Translations under genes and position numbers: made by a program
Assembly (NCBI GenBank): GCA_963550915.1
Contig: CAUVEB010000007.1
Coordinates: 8,439-72,438 of the forward strand
DNA from: an uncultured Leptotrichiaceae bacterium
Lineage (GTDB): Bacteria > Fusobacteriota > Fusobacteriia > Fusobacteriales > Leptotrichiaceae
DNA: 64,000 bases
Direction: 5' to 3'
In this document: in pieces, positions 1 to 10,298 of the stretch
Numbering within the stretch: position 1 is the first letter of the stretch
Layout of the letters: each line of letters starts with the position of its first letter
The notes under the pieces: generated by a model
Told to the model about the DNA's origin: nothing
Seen by the model: the letters and a program-made list of their open reading frames with translations, nothing else
The model's database searches: none

Positions 1-22
1 CGCAAACAGATTTGGAGATAAA

Positions 23-1240
23 ATGAAAAAAAAGAAGATATTTCAAAAAATACTAGCTGATGATTTTGATTTTAGTGGCAATGTATTTATTGATTCAAAC
101 TTAGTAGGAAGTGGAGATATATTCTTTGCTATTAGAAATGGTAATAATTATGTAGAACAAGCCATAGCTAAGGGAGCATACCCTATATATGATAAAGATT
201 TAAATATAAATTTTGGTAAAAAAGTTGATGATACAATAACTTTTATGCAAGATTTTGCAAGAGAATATAGAAAATACTTAGATGCTAAAGTAATAGCAGT
301 TACTGGAAGTAATGGTAAAACAACAGTTAAGGATATATTGGCAAATTTACTTGATAACAGTTATGCAACTAAAGGAAACTACAATAATCATATAGGAGTA
401 CCACTAACAATATTATCATGTCCTATTACAAGTAAATATTTAGTTTTAGAATTAGGTATGAGTATGACAGGTGAAATTGACTTACTTGCAAGCATTTCAA
501 AGCCTGATTATAGTATAATAACTAATATAGGTGATTCTCATATAGAATATCTAAAAACAAGAGAAAATGTATTTTTAGCAAAAACTGAAATTATAGCCCA
601 CACAAAAAATACTGTAATTGTAAATGGAGAAGATGAGTATTTAAAAAGATTAGATAATGCAGTAAAAGTAACTTTAAACACTGATGTTAATATTGATGAT
701 AATGGTACAAGTTTTGAGTACAAAAATCTTAAGTATCACACTAATTTATACGGTAAGCATAATGTACTTGATATTTGTTTATGTCTCGAAGTTTTACATG
801 CTTTAAAAATAGATAATATAGCTAATAAATTAGATAATATTAAGCTTACTCCTATGAGATTTGAGATAATAAAAAAAGATAGTAATATAATAATAAATGA
901 TGCATATAATGCAGCACCAAAATCTGTTGAAAGCTCACTTTTAACATTAGATCAAATATTTAAAGGTAAAAATAAGATAATTATACTAGGGGATATGTTA
1001 GAGCTTGGAGAACAAGAAATAGAACATCACAAAAATTTAGCAAAAGTACTAGAAAAAATAAAATACGATAAGATATATCTATATGGAGATCTTATGAAAC
1101 ATTTAAATGTAGATAAAGCAATACATACTAATGATAAACAATATATTAAATCAGAATTACAAAATATAACTAATAGTGTAGTATTTCTTAAAGGTTCAAG
1201 AGGTATGAAATTAGAAGATATATTGAAAGGGGATAAGTAA
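23..1240 (+). CDS. murF: UDP-N-acetylmuramoyl-tripeptide--D-alanyl-D-alanine ligase
   Basis: 405-aa ORF with Mur-ligase P-loop VTGSNGKTT and C-terminal NDAYNAAP motif; first gene of a murF-mraY-murD-ftsW-murG-murC-murB run. Confidence 0.9.
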   Translation: MKKKKIFQKILADDFDFSGNVFIDSNLVGSGDIFFAIRNGNNYVEQAIAKGAYPIYDKDLNINFGKKVDDTITFMQDFAREYRKYLDAKVIAVTGSNGKTTVKDILANLLDNSYATKGNYNNHIGVPLTILSCPITSKYLVLELGMSMTGEIDLLASISKPDYSIITNIGDSHIEYLKTRENVFLAKTEIIAHTKNTVIVNGEDEYLKRLDNAVKVTLNTDVNIDDNGTSFEYKNLKYHTNLYGKHNVLDICLCLEVLHALKIDNIANKLDNIKLTPMRFEIIKKDSNIIINDAYNAAPKSVESSLLTLDQIFKGKNKIIILGDMLELGEQEIEHHKNLAKVLEKIKYDKIYLYGDLMKHLNVDKAIHTNDKQYIKSELQNITNSVVFLKGSRGMKLEDILKGDK

Positions 1241-2328
1241 TGTTATACCTATTACAATCACTATATATAAATAAAATAGGGTTTTTAAGAATATTTAAGT
1301 CAATAACTATAAGAGGATCAATAGCATTTTTCATTGCACTTTTATTTACTCTATTTTTTGGTGGTAAAATAATAAATATTTTAAAAAAGAAAAAATTAGG
1401 AGATAAGATAAGAGAAGAAGGGCCTGCAAGTCATTTAAGTAAAGCCGGAACTCCTACTATGGGTGGTATTATAATAATACTTGCAATAACTATAGCAATG
1501 ATATTTGCTGGGAATTTTACAAATAAATTTACTAATTTTCTATTTGTTATGACCATCTTATTTACTAGTATAGGTTTTTATGATGACTATTTAAAACTTA
1601 CAAAAAGTAAAAGAGGTTTATCAGGAAAGAAAAAATTAATAGGTCAATTAATAATGACATTAATTACATTCTTATTTATTTTAAAATATAGATTAACAGG
1701 TCTTGAAGTAGATTTCTCATTTGTAAATCCATTTATAAAAAATTCATATACATATATAGGTATATTACTTTTCTTTGTGTTTATGTGTTTTGTAATAATA
1801 GGTTCATCAAATGCAGTCAATTTAACAGACGGATTAGATGGACTTGTAAGTGGACCTATAATGATAGTAAGTATTACATTTTTAATGATAGCATATTTTG
1901 CTGGACATAAAGAGTTAGCAAGTTATCTTAATATTTACTATATTTATGGAGCTGGAGAAATAGCTGTATATTTATCTGCTGTAATTGGTGCAATAATTGG
2001 ATTTTTATGGTTTAATTTTTACCCTGCACAAGTTTTTATGGGAGATACAGGTTCTCTTACTTTAGGTGGAATATTAGGTATGATTGCAATATTTGTTAAA
2101 CAAGAATTTTTACTTCCAATTGCAGGTTTAGTTTTTATTGTAGAAGCCTTATCAGTAATAATACAAGTATTACATTTTAAGAGAACACGTAAAAGAATAT
2201 TTAAAATGGCACCTATACATCACCATTTTGAAATGGACGGTCTTCCTGAAACTAAGGTTACAATAAGATTTTGGATAATAACAATAATAATGAGTATAAT
2301 AACATTTATGATACTTAAGATAAGATAG
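1240..2328 (+). CDS. mraY: phospho-N-acetylmuramoyl-pentapeptide transferase
   Basis: Polytopic membrane ORF with MraY motifs NAVNLTDGLDGL and FMGDTGSL and a terminal HHHFE; ATG overlaps the murF stop (TAATG). Confidence 0.95.
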   Translation: MLYLLQSLYINKIGFLRIFKSITIRGSIAFFIALLFTLFFGGKIINILKKKKLGDKIREEGPASHLSKAGTPTMGGIIIILAITIAMIFAGNFTNKFTNFLFVMTILFTSIGFYDDYLKLTKSKRGLSGKKKLIGQLIMTLITFLFILKYRLTGLEVDFSFVNPFIKNSYTYIGILLFFVFMCFVIIGSSNAVNLTDGLDGLVSGPIMIVSITFLMIAYFAGHKELASYLNIYYIYGAGEIAVYLSAVIGAIIGFLWFNFYPAQVFMGDTGSLTLGGILGMIAIFVKQEFLLPIAGLVFIVEALSVIIQVLHFKRTRKRIFKMAPIHHHFEMDGLPETKVTIRFWIITIIMSIITFMILKIR

Positions 2329-2336
2329 GAAAAATT

Positions 2337-3605
2337 ATGAAATATATTATATTTGGTCTAGGAATAAGCGGTGTTGGAGCAAAAGAACTACTAGAAAAAC
2401 AAAAACAAGAAGCTATAATAGTAGATGATAAAAACGGTATATCTAGTAAAGATGCAGTTTATATTACAAATAAAGATGATGTTGTAATAAAAAGTCCTGG
2501 TATATCTTGGAATAATGACTATTTAAAGTTTTGCTTAGAAAAAGGTATAAAAATAATATCGGAAATAGATTTAGCAATAAAATATGTTAACCCTAAGACA
2601 AAATTAATAGCAATAACAGGTACAAATGGTAAGACAACTACTTGTACTAAGATATATGAATTATTAAAATACGCAGGATATAATGTAGCTTTAGGAGGAA
2701 ATGAGGGACATTCATTTGCTAAAATTGTAAGCGATAAAAATGACTATGACTATATAATTTTAGAGCTTAGTAGCTACCAATTAGAAAATAATCCTAGTAT
2801 AAAGCCATATATAGCTATGGTAACAAATTTAACACCGGATCATTTATTAAGATATGATAGTGTAGATGAATACTATATTACCAAGCTTAATATATTTAAA
2901 AATCAAGATGAAAACGATTATATGATAATAAATCCAAATGATAATGAATTTAAAAGATTATTTAACAATTCATTATCAAAAAAGGTATATATACAAGAAG
3001 ATGAGAAATATTTAGTTTTTAATAATGAAAAAATAATAGAAAAAGATAAAGCTAGCTTAAAAGGTGAACATAATATACAAAATATGAACTTTATAATAGC
3101 TACAGCTAAAATTATTGGAATAAAAACGGAAGTTATAAACAGTTTTTTACAAAATACAAATCCTTTAGAACATAGAATGGAGAACTTTTTTAGTGTAAAA
3201 AACACTTCTTTTATAAATGATTCAAAGGGAACTAATGTTGAATCATCTTTATACGCCATAGATGCATATAAGGATAAGAACCTTATACTAATTTGTGGTG
3301 GACAAGATAAAAAAATAGATAATACAAAAATGTATGATAAAATATATGAATGTGTTGATTTATGCCTTCTTATTGGAGAAAATGCAAATCAATATATTGA
3401 AGCTTTTAATAAAAAGGGATATATTAAGTATAAAGAGCTTAAAACTTTAGAAAATGCTATAAACTATATAGCAGAAAATGTAGATATGGAAAAAGAAACA
3501 TATGTACTTTTAAGTCCGGCTACAGCAAGTTTTGACCAATTTAAGAGTTTTGAACATAGAGGACTTGAGTTTAAGCGTTTAGTTAGAGAAAAATGGGAGA
3601 AATAA
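2337..3605 (+). CDS. murD: UDP-N-acetylmuramoylalanine--D-glutamate ligase
   Basis: N-terminal Rossmann-like IFGLGISG, P-loop ITGTNGKTTT, C-terminal SPATASFDQF; position between mraY and ftsW. Confidence 0.9.
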   Translation: MKYIIFGLGISGVGAKELLEKQKQEAIIVDDKNGISSKDAVYITNKDDVVIKSPGISWNNDYLKFCLEKGIKIISEIDLAIKYVNPKTKLIAITGTNGKTTTCTKIYELLKYAGYNVALGGNEGHSFAKIVSDKNDYDYIILELSSYQLENNPSIKPYIAMVTNLTPDHLLRYDSVDEYYITKLNIFKNQDENDYMIINPNDNEFKRLFNNSLSKKVYIQEDEKYLVFNNEKIIEKDKASLKGEHNIQNMNFIIATAKIIGIKTEVINSFLQNTNPLEHRMENFFSVKNTSFINDSKGTNVESSLYAIDAYKDKNLILICGGQDKKIDNTKMYDKIYECVDLCLLIGENANQYIEAFNKKGYIKYKELKTLENAINYIAENVDMEKETYVLLSPATASFDQFKSFEHRGLEFKRLVREKWEK

Positions 3606-4727
3606 ATGCCAAATAATAGTTTAGATATTTTTAATATTAATGCAATTGAAAAAAATATAAGGAAAAATTTAAAGAAAATATTAATTGTAATACTACTATT
3701 TCTTTTAGTAACAGGTGTGTTATCAGTAGGAAGTATATCAAAACCTATAGCGGAGTATAGTAATAATAAATTATTTAATACATACTTAATATCAATGATT
3801 ATAGCAATTATTGTTGCACTTTTTACGTATTTTGCAGTTAGGTTTGATGTAGATGAAAAAACATTATTTATAATATATTTTTTTGGTTTGATTTTTTTAG
3901 TATCTCCACTTATTTTTGGAGTAAGAATAAATGGTGCTAGAAGATGGATAAGAATTGCTGGAATTTCAGTACAACCATCAGAGCTTATAAAACCGGTATT
4001 AATATATATTTTGGCAATATTTTTTTCTAATAAAAAAAGATATGGAGAAAAAAGTCTTGAAACTGTATTGATATGGGCAATGGGAGTATTGGCATATGCC
4101 ATTTCCGTATTTGCTGGTAAAGCGTTATCATCAACACTTCAAATAACGGTGCTTGCATTTTTAATGTTTTGTGTTTCAAAAATAGAACATAAGTATAAGA
4201 TATATATAATGTTAATGGGGATTTTTGCCTCTCCAATTCCTATAATCGCTAAAAGTTATAGAGCTGGACGTATAAAACAATTATTAAGTGGAGGGTCAAC
4301 TCAGACTTTAGCAGGAATAAATGCCATTAAATCAGGTTCAATATTTGGTAGAGGATTTGGATTAGGAATACAAAAATATTTCTATTTATCAGAAGCACAT
4401 ACTGACTATATGTTTGCATCAATATCTGAAGAAATGGGTCTTATCTTCATATTAGTACTTTTAACAGCATTTTTTGTTTTAATAAGTCTAATTTTCTATG
4501 TTGGACTAAATATAAAAAATAGTGTAGAAAAATATGTAATATTAGGAGTTGGATTTGTTTTAACAAACCAAATAGTAGGGCATATAGGGATAAACCTTAA
4601 TATATTACCGTCAACAGGTATAACTCTTCCTTTTATAAGTTATGGAGGAAGTGCTTTAATGTCTAATTTAATTTGTGTAGCACTACTATTTAAGGCTTTA
4701 AAAAGTATAGAATGGGTGGAAAAATAA
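3606..4727 (+). CDS. ftsW: SEDS-family peptidoglycan glycosyltransferase / cell division protein FtsW
   Basis: Multi-TM ORF with SEDS motifs ISVQPSELIKP, TDYMFASISEEMG and LPFISYGGSA; dcw context. Confidence 0.85.
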   Translation: MPNNSLDIFNINAIEKNIRKNLKKILIVILLFLLVTGVLSVGSISKPIAEYSNNKLFNTYLISMIIAIIVALFTYFAVRFDVDEKTLFIIYFFGLIFLVSPLIFGVRINGARRWIRIAGISVQPSELIKPVLIYILAIFFSNKKRYGEKSLETVLIWAMGVLAYAISVFAGKALSSTLQITVLAFLMFCVSKIEHKYKIYIMLMGIFASPIPIIAKSYRAGRIKQLLSGGSTQTLAGINAIKSGSIFGRGFGLGIQKYFYLSEAHTDYMFASISEEMGLIFILVLLTAFFVLISLIFYVGLNIKNSVEKYVILGVGFVLTNQIVGHIGINLNILPSTGITLPFISYGGSALMSNLICVALLFKALKSIEWVEK

Positions 4728-5794
4728 TGAAAAGAATTGTACTTACGACAGGTGGAACTGGAGGTCATATATATCCAGCATTAGCACTTGCAAAAAGATT
4801 AAAAGAAGAAGGTTATGAAGTACTATTTATTGGAACTTGTCATAGAATGGAAAAAGATATATTTCCAAAAGCTGGTTTTGAATTTATAGGATTAGATGTA
4901 TTACCGCTAAATAGTTTTAATTCTATAATAAAAATGATAAGAGCTATATTTTTATCAAGAAGAATATTAAAAGAAAAGAAAATTGATATGGTTATAGGTT
5001 TTGGAAACTATATTTCAATTCCTACAATAATAGCTGCAAAACTATTATCTAAGGATATATATTTACAAGAACAAAATGTAATTATGGGGCTTGCTAATAA
5101 ATATGGTTATAGAATTGCAAAAAAAGTATTTTTAGCATATTCAAAAACCCTAAATTATATCCCTAATAAATCAAAGCATAAATTTATTGTAACAGGTAAT
5201 CCACTAAGACAAGAATTCTATAATTCAAATAAAGAAAGAGATAGAGAAAAACTTGGTATAGCAAAAGATGAAAAAGTAATACTTGTAATGGGTGGAAGTC
5301 TAGGAGCAAAACCTATTAACGAAGCAATAATAAAAAATATTGAAAGTATTAATAATAAAGAGAATTTAAGATTTTATTGGTCAACAGGAGAAAATTTATT
5401 TAAAGAAACGTATTCTAAGATAAAAAACTTAAAAAATATAATATTAATGCCGTATTTTGAAAATGCTTGTGAGATTATGAGTGCTTCAGATTTAGTTATT
5501 TGTAGAGCAGGGGCTTCAACAATATCAGAACTATTAGAGCTTAAAAAGCCATCAATAATGATACCTTATAGTTTTGTTGGTCAAAAAGAAAACGCAGATA
5601 TGTTAGAGTATGCAGATGCAACTAAAACTTTTACAAATGAAGATGCAGGAAACGCTATAAAAGAGGCTCTTAGTCTAATTGAACAAGAAGAAAAATTAAA
5701 CTTTATGAAAAAAAATATAGACACATTAAATACAGGGAACGCAGTAGAGAATATAATAGAAATTATAAAAGGAGATATAGCAGATGCTAGATAA
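4727..5794 (+). CDS. murG: undecaprenyldiphospho-muramoylpentapeptide beta-N-acetylglucosaminyltransferase
   Basis: GT28 N-terminal TGGTGGHIYPALA and CRAGASTISE; ATG 4727 overlaps the ftsW stop and follows GGGTGGA. The ORF track's upstream ATG 4712 is a less likely start. Confidence 0.9.
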   Translation: MKRIVLTTGGTGGHIYPALALAKRLKEEGYEVLFIGTCHRMEKDIFPKAGFEFIGLDVLPLNSFNSIIKMIRAIFLSRRILKEKKIDMVIGFGNYISIPTIIAAKLLSKDIYLQEQNVIMGLANKYGYRIAKKVFLAYSKTLNYIPNKSKHKFIVTGNPLRQEFYNSNKERDREKLGIAKDEKVILVMGGSLGAKPINEAIIKNIESINNKENLRFYWSTGENLFKETYSKIKNLKNIILMPYFENACEIMSASDLVICRAGASTISELLELKKPSIMIPYSFVGQKENADMLEYADATKTFTNEDAGNAIKEALSLIEQEEKLNFMKKNIDTLNTGNAVENIIEIIKGDIADAR

Positions 5795-7142
5795 AATATA
5801 CTTTAGTGGTATAAATGGAATAGGAATGAGTGGAATTGCAAAAATTTTAAAACAACAAGGATACGATGTACAAGGTTCTGACTTAGAGTATAAAGATGTT
5901 ACTAAAAGTCTTGAAGAGCTTGGTATAAAAGTACATATAGGACAAAGTGTTGAAAATATAGAAAATTTCAAACCAGATTTATATGTTTATTCAACAGCAA
6001 TAAGAACAACAAATCCTGAATATATATATGCAGACTCAACTAATACGAAGATGAAAAGAAGAGGAGAAATGTTAGCGGATATTGTTAATGAATTTGACAA
6101 AAGTATAGCAATAGCAGGAACTCACGGTAAAACAACAACATCTTCAATGTGTTCTATTAGTTTTCTGAGTAAAGACCCATATATAGTAGTTGGTGGAATA
6201 ATACCTGAAATACAAAGTAATAGTAGAATAGGAAATAGTGATTATTTCATAATAGAAGCAGATGAAAGTGATAATTCATTCTTGTATCTTTATCCAACTT
6301 ACTCTGTTATAACTAACATAGAGGCAGATCATTTAGAACATCATGGTAGTTTTGAGAATATAAAGAAATCATTTATACAGTTTATATCTCAAACAAAAGA
6401 AAAAGTAATATTATCAAAGGATTGTCCTAATATTAGCTCACTTGACTTAGATGAATATAAAGATAAATTAGTATATTATAGTGCTAATGAAAAAGCTGAT
6501 ATTTATGCAAAAGATATTAAAAATTTAGACGGCATAACTAAGTATACAGTTGTAATAAATGATGAGGAAATAGGTGAATTTAGCCTTAAAGTTCCAGGTA
6601 TGCATAATATTCAAAACTCATTACCTGTTATATATCTTGCATACATTCAAAATGTAGATATGGAAAAAGTAAAAGAAAGTTTATCTAATTTTACAGGTGC
6701 AAATAGAAGATATCAGGTTATATACGACGAAGAGATTAAAATAATAGATGACTACGCACATCATCCAACAGAGATAAGAGCAACTATAAACGCAGCTAAA
6801 TCAAATGAAAAAGGTAAGATAACAGTTGTGTTTGAACCACATAGATATACAAGAACAAAGTTTTTTATGGATGAGTTTGCAAAAGCTTTATCACTTGCAG
6901 ATAGAGTAATTTTATTACCTATATATGCTGCAAGCGAAGATAATGAATCTGGTATAAGTTCTCAAGACCTATATGACAAGATTAAAAAATTTGATAAACA
7001 AAAAGAAACATATGTAATGCTTCCAAAAGAAGTTATGGACTATATATATTTTAATTTTGAACCTAATGAAGTATACATTTTTATGGGTGCAGGAACAGTT
7101 TCAAAATTTGCATATAAACTTGTAAATCAAATAAAAGGTTAG
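5784..7142 (+). CDS. murC: UDP-N-acetylmuramate--L-alanine ligase
   Basis: GIGMSGIA, P-loop IAGTHGKTTTSSM and DDYAHHPTEI motifs. Confidence 0.92.
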   Translation: MLDKIYFSGINGIGMSGIAKILKQQGYDVQGSDLEYKDVTKSLEELGIKVHIGQSVENIENFKPDLYVYSTAIRTTNPEYIYADSTNTKMKRRGEMLADIVNEFDKSIAIAGTHGKTTTSSMCSISFLSKDPYIVVGGIIPEIQSNSRIGNSDYFIIEADESDNSFLYLYPTYSVITNIEADHLEHHGSFENIKKSFIQFISQTKEKVILSKDCPNISSLDLDEYKDKLVYYSANEKADIYAKDIKNLDGITKYTVVINDEEIGEFSLKVPGMHNIQNSLPVIYLAYIQNVDMEKVKESLSNFTGANRRYQVIYDEEIKIIDDYAHHPTEIRATINAAKSNEKGKITVVFEPHRYTRTKFFMDEFAKALSLADRVILLPIYAASEDNESGISSQDLYDKIKKFDKQKETYVMLPKEVMDYIYFNFEPNEVYIFMGAGTVSKFAYKLVNQIKG

Positions 7143-7150
7143 GAGTAGAA

Positions 7151-7990
7151 GTGATAGTAGAAAAAAATGTACTAATGAAACCATATTCAAATATGAAAAT
7201 TGGTGGAATAGCTAAAAGTTTAACTTTTATTGAAGATGAGAAAGAATTAATAGATTTTTTTGATAAAAATGAAAGATATTATTTATTAGGTAATGGAACA
7301 AATACATTAATTAATGATGAATATTTAGATATAAATTTTGTAAGTTTAAAAAAGCTGACTAAAATTGAAAAAGTATCTGAAAATAAGGTGTATGCACAAG
7401 CTGGTGCTAATTTAGCAGATCTAATTAATTTCATGAGAGAACATGACCTTTCAGGTCTTGAAAATATGACAGGTATACCAGGTTCTATAGGTGGTCTTGT
7501 AAATATGAATGGTGGAGCTTTTGGGACTACTATTTTTGATAGAATAGAAAGTGTAAAAGTATTAACATCTGAAAATGAAATTAAAACATTAAAAAAAGAA
7601 GAGATTGATTATAGATATAGGGGAACAATTATAAAAGATAATAAATGGATAGTAATTGGAGCAACATTTAACTTCGATAAAGGTTTTGATCTTGCTTGTT
7701 CTCTTGATAAAATAAATCGTAGACAAAATAATCATCCATTAGATTATCCAAACTTAGGATCAACATTTAAAAATCCAAAAGACAATTTTGCAGCACAATT
7801 AATATCAGATTGTGGTTTAAAAGGATATAGAATTGGAGATATGCAAGTATCTGAAAAACATCCTAATTTTTTAATAAATCATGGTAATGGTCAATTTTCT
7901 GAAGTCTTAAAGCTTATAGAACATGTAAAAAAAGTTGTTTTTGAAAAGACAAATATTATGCTTGATACAGAGATAATCATATTAAAATAA
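7151..7990 (+). CDS. murB: UDP-N-acetylenolpyruvoylglucosamine reductase (short type)
   Basis: GTG start 5 nt after AGGAG; FAD-binding LGNGTN, GGAFG and GSTFKNP motifs; 279 aa. Confidence 0.85.
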   Translation: MIVEKNVLMKPYSNMKIGGIAKSLTFIEDEKELIDFFDKNERYYLLGNGTNTLINDEYLDINFVSLKKLTKIEKVSENKVYAQAGANLADLINFMREHDLSGLENMTGIPGSIGGLVNMNGGAFGTTIFDRIESVKVLTSENEIKTLKKEEIDYRYRGTIIKDNKWIVIGATFNFDKGFDLACSLDKINRRQNNHPLDYPNLGSTFKNPKDNFAAQLISDCGLKGYRIGDMQVSEKHPNFLINHGNGQFSEVLKLIEHVKKVVFEKTNIMLDTEIIILK

Positions 7991-8000
7991 GGGGATTAGT

Positions 8001-8456
8001 ATGTTCGCAGTTATACCTATAGTAGCAATATTTTTAATTTTAATTTTGTTTGTTATGTTTTTTTCACTACCATACTGGTTCTATTTTTTAGTAGCCTTTT
8101 TATCATATTCTTATTATGAAAAATTAACTTATTTCGTTATAATAAATATAATATTAGGGGTATATAAATTTGTTAATAGAAAAAGTGGGCCTAAATTCTA
8201 TTTCTATAAAACAATACATAATGATGATTATAGTTATAGTAATCATACTAATTTTAATAGATTTACTGAAGATGAATATACAGGGGCATGTTCCATTTTA
8301 GGGGTAGATAAAAATACTCCATTACAAGAAAAGAAAAAAAGATATATAAATTTACTTAAAAAGTATCACCCTGATATAAATCCTAGTCTTGAGGCACAAG
8401 AAAAAACAAAAGAATTAAATAAGGCGTGGGATATAATTGAAAGGTATGGGTATTAA
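8001..8456 (+). CDS. membrane-anchored J-domain (DnaJ-like) protein
   Basis: Hydrophobic N-terminal half (2-3 predicted TM helices). C-terminal J domain has the HPD motif (ILGVDKNTP...LLKKYHPDINP...KELNKAWDIIE). Good SD (AAGGGGA). Confidence 0.7.
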   Translation: MFAVIPIVAIFLILILFVMFFSLPYWFYFLVAFLSYSYYEKLTYFVIINIILGVYKFVNRKSGPKFYFYKTIHNDDYSYSNHTNFNRFTEDEYTGACSILGVDKNTPLQEKKKRYINLLKKYHPDINPSLEAQEKTKELNKAWDIIERYGY

Positions 8457-8507
8457 TTTCATTATTTGAAAAAATGGTAAAATCGTGATAATATAAAGAG
8501 GAAAAAT

Positions 8508-9170
8508 ATGGTAAAATTTATTAAAAGATTAACTTTTTTAATTTTTGTTTTTGTTTTGGCTATATTAATTTTTAAGTTTTGTGAATCTGAATTTTTCTAT
8601 GTTACAAAGATAGAAATAACAGGTGCAAATGAGCTTATACGTCAAGATATAACAAATAAAATTGATAAATTTAAGGGGATATCAATTTTTTATGTAAACA
8701 AAAGAGAACTTTCTTCAAAAATAATTGAAGATATAAGGATTGAAAAAGTTAATATATCAAAAAAATATCCAAGGACACTGAATGTTGAAATTGTAACAAG
8801 GCAGCCTATAGCTTTCACTATAATAAATGACAAATTCTATTCAGTTGATAAAAATCTTAATGTTTTTGGTAAATTTGTTGAAGTAATAAACAGGAGTATT
8901 CCAGTCATTAGATTTGATGATGAAACAAAAGATGAATTTATTAAAATACTAAAAGAATTTATTCCAAGTGATATGTATAATATAACATCAGAAATAGCAA
9001 AAGAAGATAATCACTATATTTTAATACTTGACACTGGTGTTAAAGTATTATTTAATAAGGATATTAAAAAAGATAAATTTAATAAAGCATTTAAAATCTA
9101 TAATGAAGAGATGAAAATTAATAATTTAGAATATATGGATTTAAGATTTAAATACATAAATGTGAAGTAG
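8508..9170 (+). CDS. ftsQ: cell division protein FtsQ/DivIB (POTRA domain)
   Basis: Single N-terminal TM helix followed by a POTRA-like segment (VTKIEITGANELIRQDI...YPRTLNVEIVTRQPIA); lies immediately upstream of ftsZ. Confidence 0.65.
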   Translation: MVKFIKRLTFLIFVFVLAILIFKFCESEFFYVTKIEITGANELIRQDITNKIDKFKGISIFYVNKRELSSKIIEDIRIEKVNISKKYPRTLNVEIVTRQPIAFTIINDKFYSVDKNLNVFGKFVEVINRSIPVIRFDDETKDEFIKILKEFIPSDMYNITSEIAKEDNHYILILDTGVKVLFNKDIKKDKFNKAFKIYNEEMKINNLEYMDLRFKYINVK

Positions 9171-9179
9171 GAGGATAAT

Positions 9180-10286
9180 ATGGAATATAATCAATATGAA
9201 AATTACGACAATAATAATAACATGTATGACGATGATGACTATACACAAGGAGCTAGAATTAAAATTGTAGGTGTTGGTGGAGCAGGAGGAAATGCTGTAA
9301 ACGACATGATAAATTCTAATTTAGTTGGTGTAGAGTACTTAGCAATAAACACAGATTACCAAGCTTTAAAAGAATCAAAAGCAAAAGAAAAAATAAGTCT
9401 TGGAAGACTTGGAGCAGGTGGAAATCCTGAAGTAGCAAGAAATGCAGCAGAAGAAAAGAAAAGTGAAATAAAAAAAGCACTTCAAAATCAAGATATGATA
9501 TTCATAACTGCTGGTATGGGTGGTGGAACAGGAACTGGAGCATCACCAATAGTTGCACAAATAGCAAAAGAATTAGGAATATTGACTGTAGCCATAGTAA
9601 CAACTCCATTTATGTTTGAACTTAATAGAAAAAAAGTTGCACAATCAGGTCTTGAAGAATTACAAAAATATGTAGACTGTTTAATAGTTATTCCAAATGA
9701 AAAATTAATAAACCTACCAAATGCTGTAAAATTATCATTCTTAGAACAAATGTCACTATCAAATGATACATTAAAATTTGGTGTTAAAGGTATAACAGAT
9801 TTAATAATGAAAAGAGGAATTATTAATCTTGACTTTGCAGATGTTAAAAATATAATGACAAACTCAGGAATTGCACTTTTTGGATTTGCAGACGGACAAA
9901 GAAATGAAGAAACAGGAGAATATGAAAGTCTTGTTGAAATAGCACAAAGAGCAATGCTAAATCCGTTATTAGATAGAGATATAAAGGGTGCAAGAAAAGT
10001 ATTAATTAATTTCACTATACCTTTACATGGAAATATGACTGAAATAAGTGAAGCAGCTCGTATTATTAATGAAAGATCAAATGGAAATGATGCAGATGCT
10101 GTAAATATGTCAGGTGTTATCATGGAAGATAGAGAAAATTATGCTATCTCAATTATAGCAACAGATTTTGCTGATAATATAAAAGAGCCTGAAAGTAAGG
10201 AAGAAGTTGTAAGAAACTTATACTCAGATAATGATGAAAATGATAGAAACGAAAATATGGAATACCATGTTCCAACATTTGGATAG
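9180..10286 (+). CDS. ftsZ: cell division GTPase FtsZ
   Basis: GVGGAGGNAVN and tubulin signature AGMGGGTGTGASP; C-terminal docking-peptide-like EYHVPTFG; about 26-aa Asn/Asp/Tyr-rich N-terminal extension. Confidence 0.97.
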   Translation: MEYNQYENYDNNNNMYDDDDYTQGARIKIVGVGGAGGNAVNDMINSNLVGVEYLAINTDYQALKESKAKEKISLGRLGAGGNPEVARNAAEEKKSEIKKALQNQDMIFITAGMGGGTGTGASPIVAQIAKELGILTVAIVTTPFMFELNRKKVAQSGLEELQKYVDCLIVIPNEKLINLPNAVKLSFLEQMSLSNDTLKFGVKGITDLIMKRGIINLDFADVKNIMTNSGIALFGFADGQRNEETGEYESLVEIAQRAMLNPLLDRDIKGARKVLINFTIPLHGNMTEISEAARIINERSNGNDADAVNMSGVIMEDRENYAISIIATDFADNIKEPESKEEVVRNLYSDNDENDRNENMEYHVPTFG

Positions 10287-10298
10287 AAAGGGGAATAT

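Noticed and set aside
3464-4102. 212-aa minus-strand ORF antisense to the murD/ftsW junction
   Set aside because: It lies entirely inside two well-supported coding regions. It has no SD and a low-complexity Ile/Leu/Ser/Lys composition typical of the reverse frame of AT-rich genes.
8466-8494. The promoter-like element upstream of ftsQ is 24/29 identical to the one at 20786-20814 (TTGAAAAAATG...GTGATAATAT); considered as a shared regulatory element or repeat
   Set aside because: About half the positions are fixed by the -35 and extended -10 consensus, and the rest are A/T in a very AT-rich genome. The residual similarity is not clearly above chance. The flanks do not match.
9488-10123. 211-aa minus-strand ORF antisense to ftsZ
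   Set aside because: It is a mirror-frame artefact of the highly conserved ftsZ gene. It shows no start context or recognisable domain.
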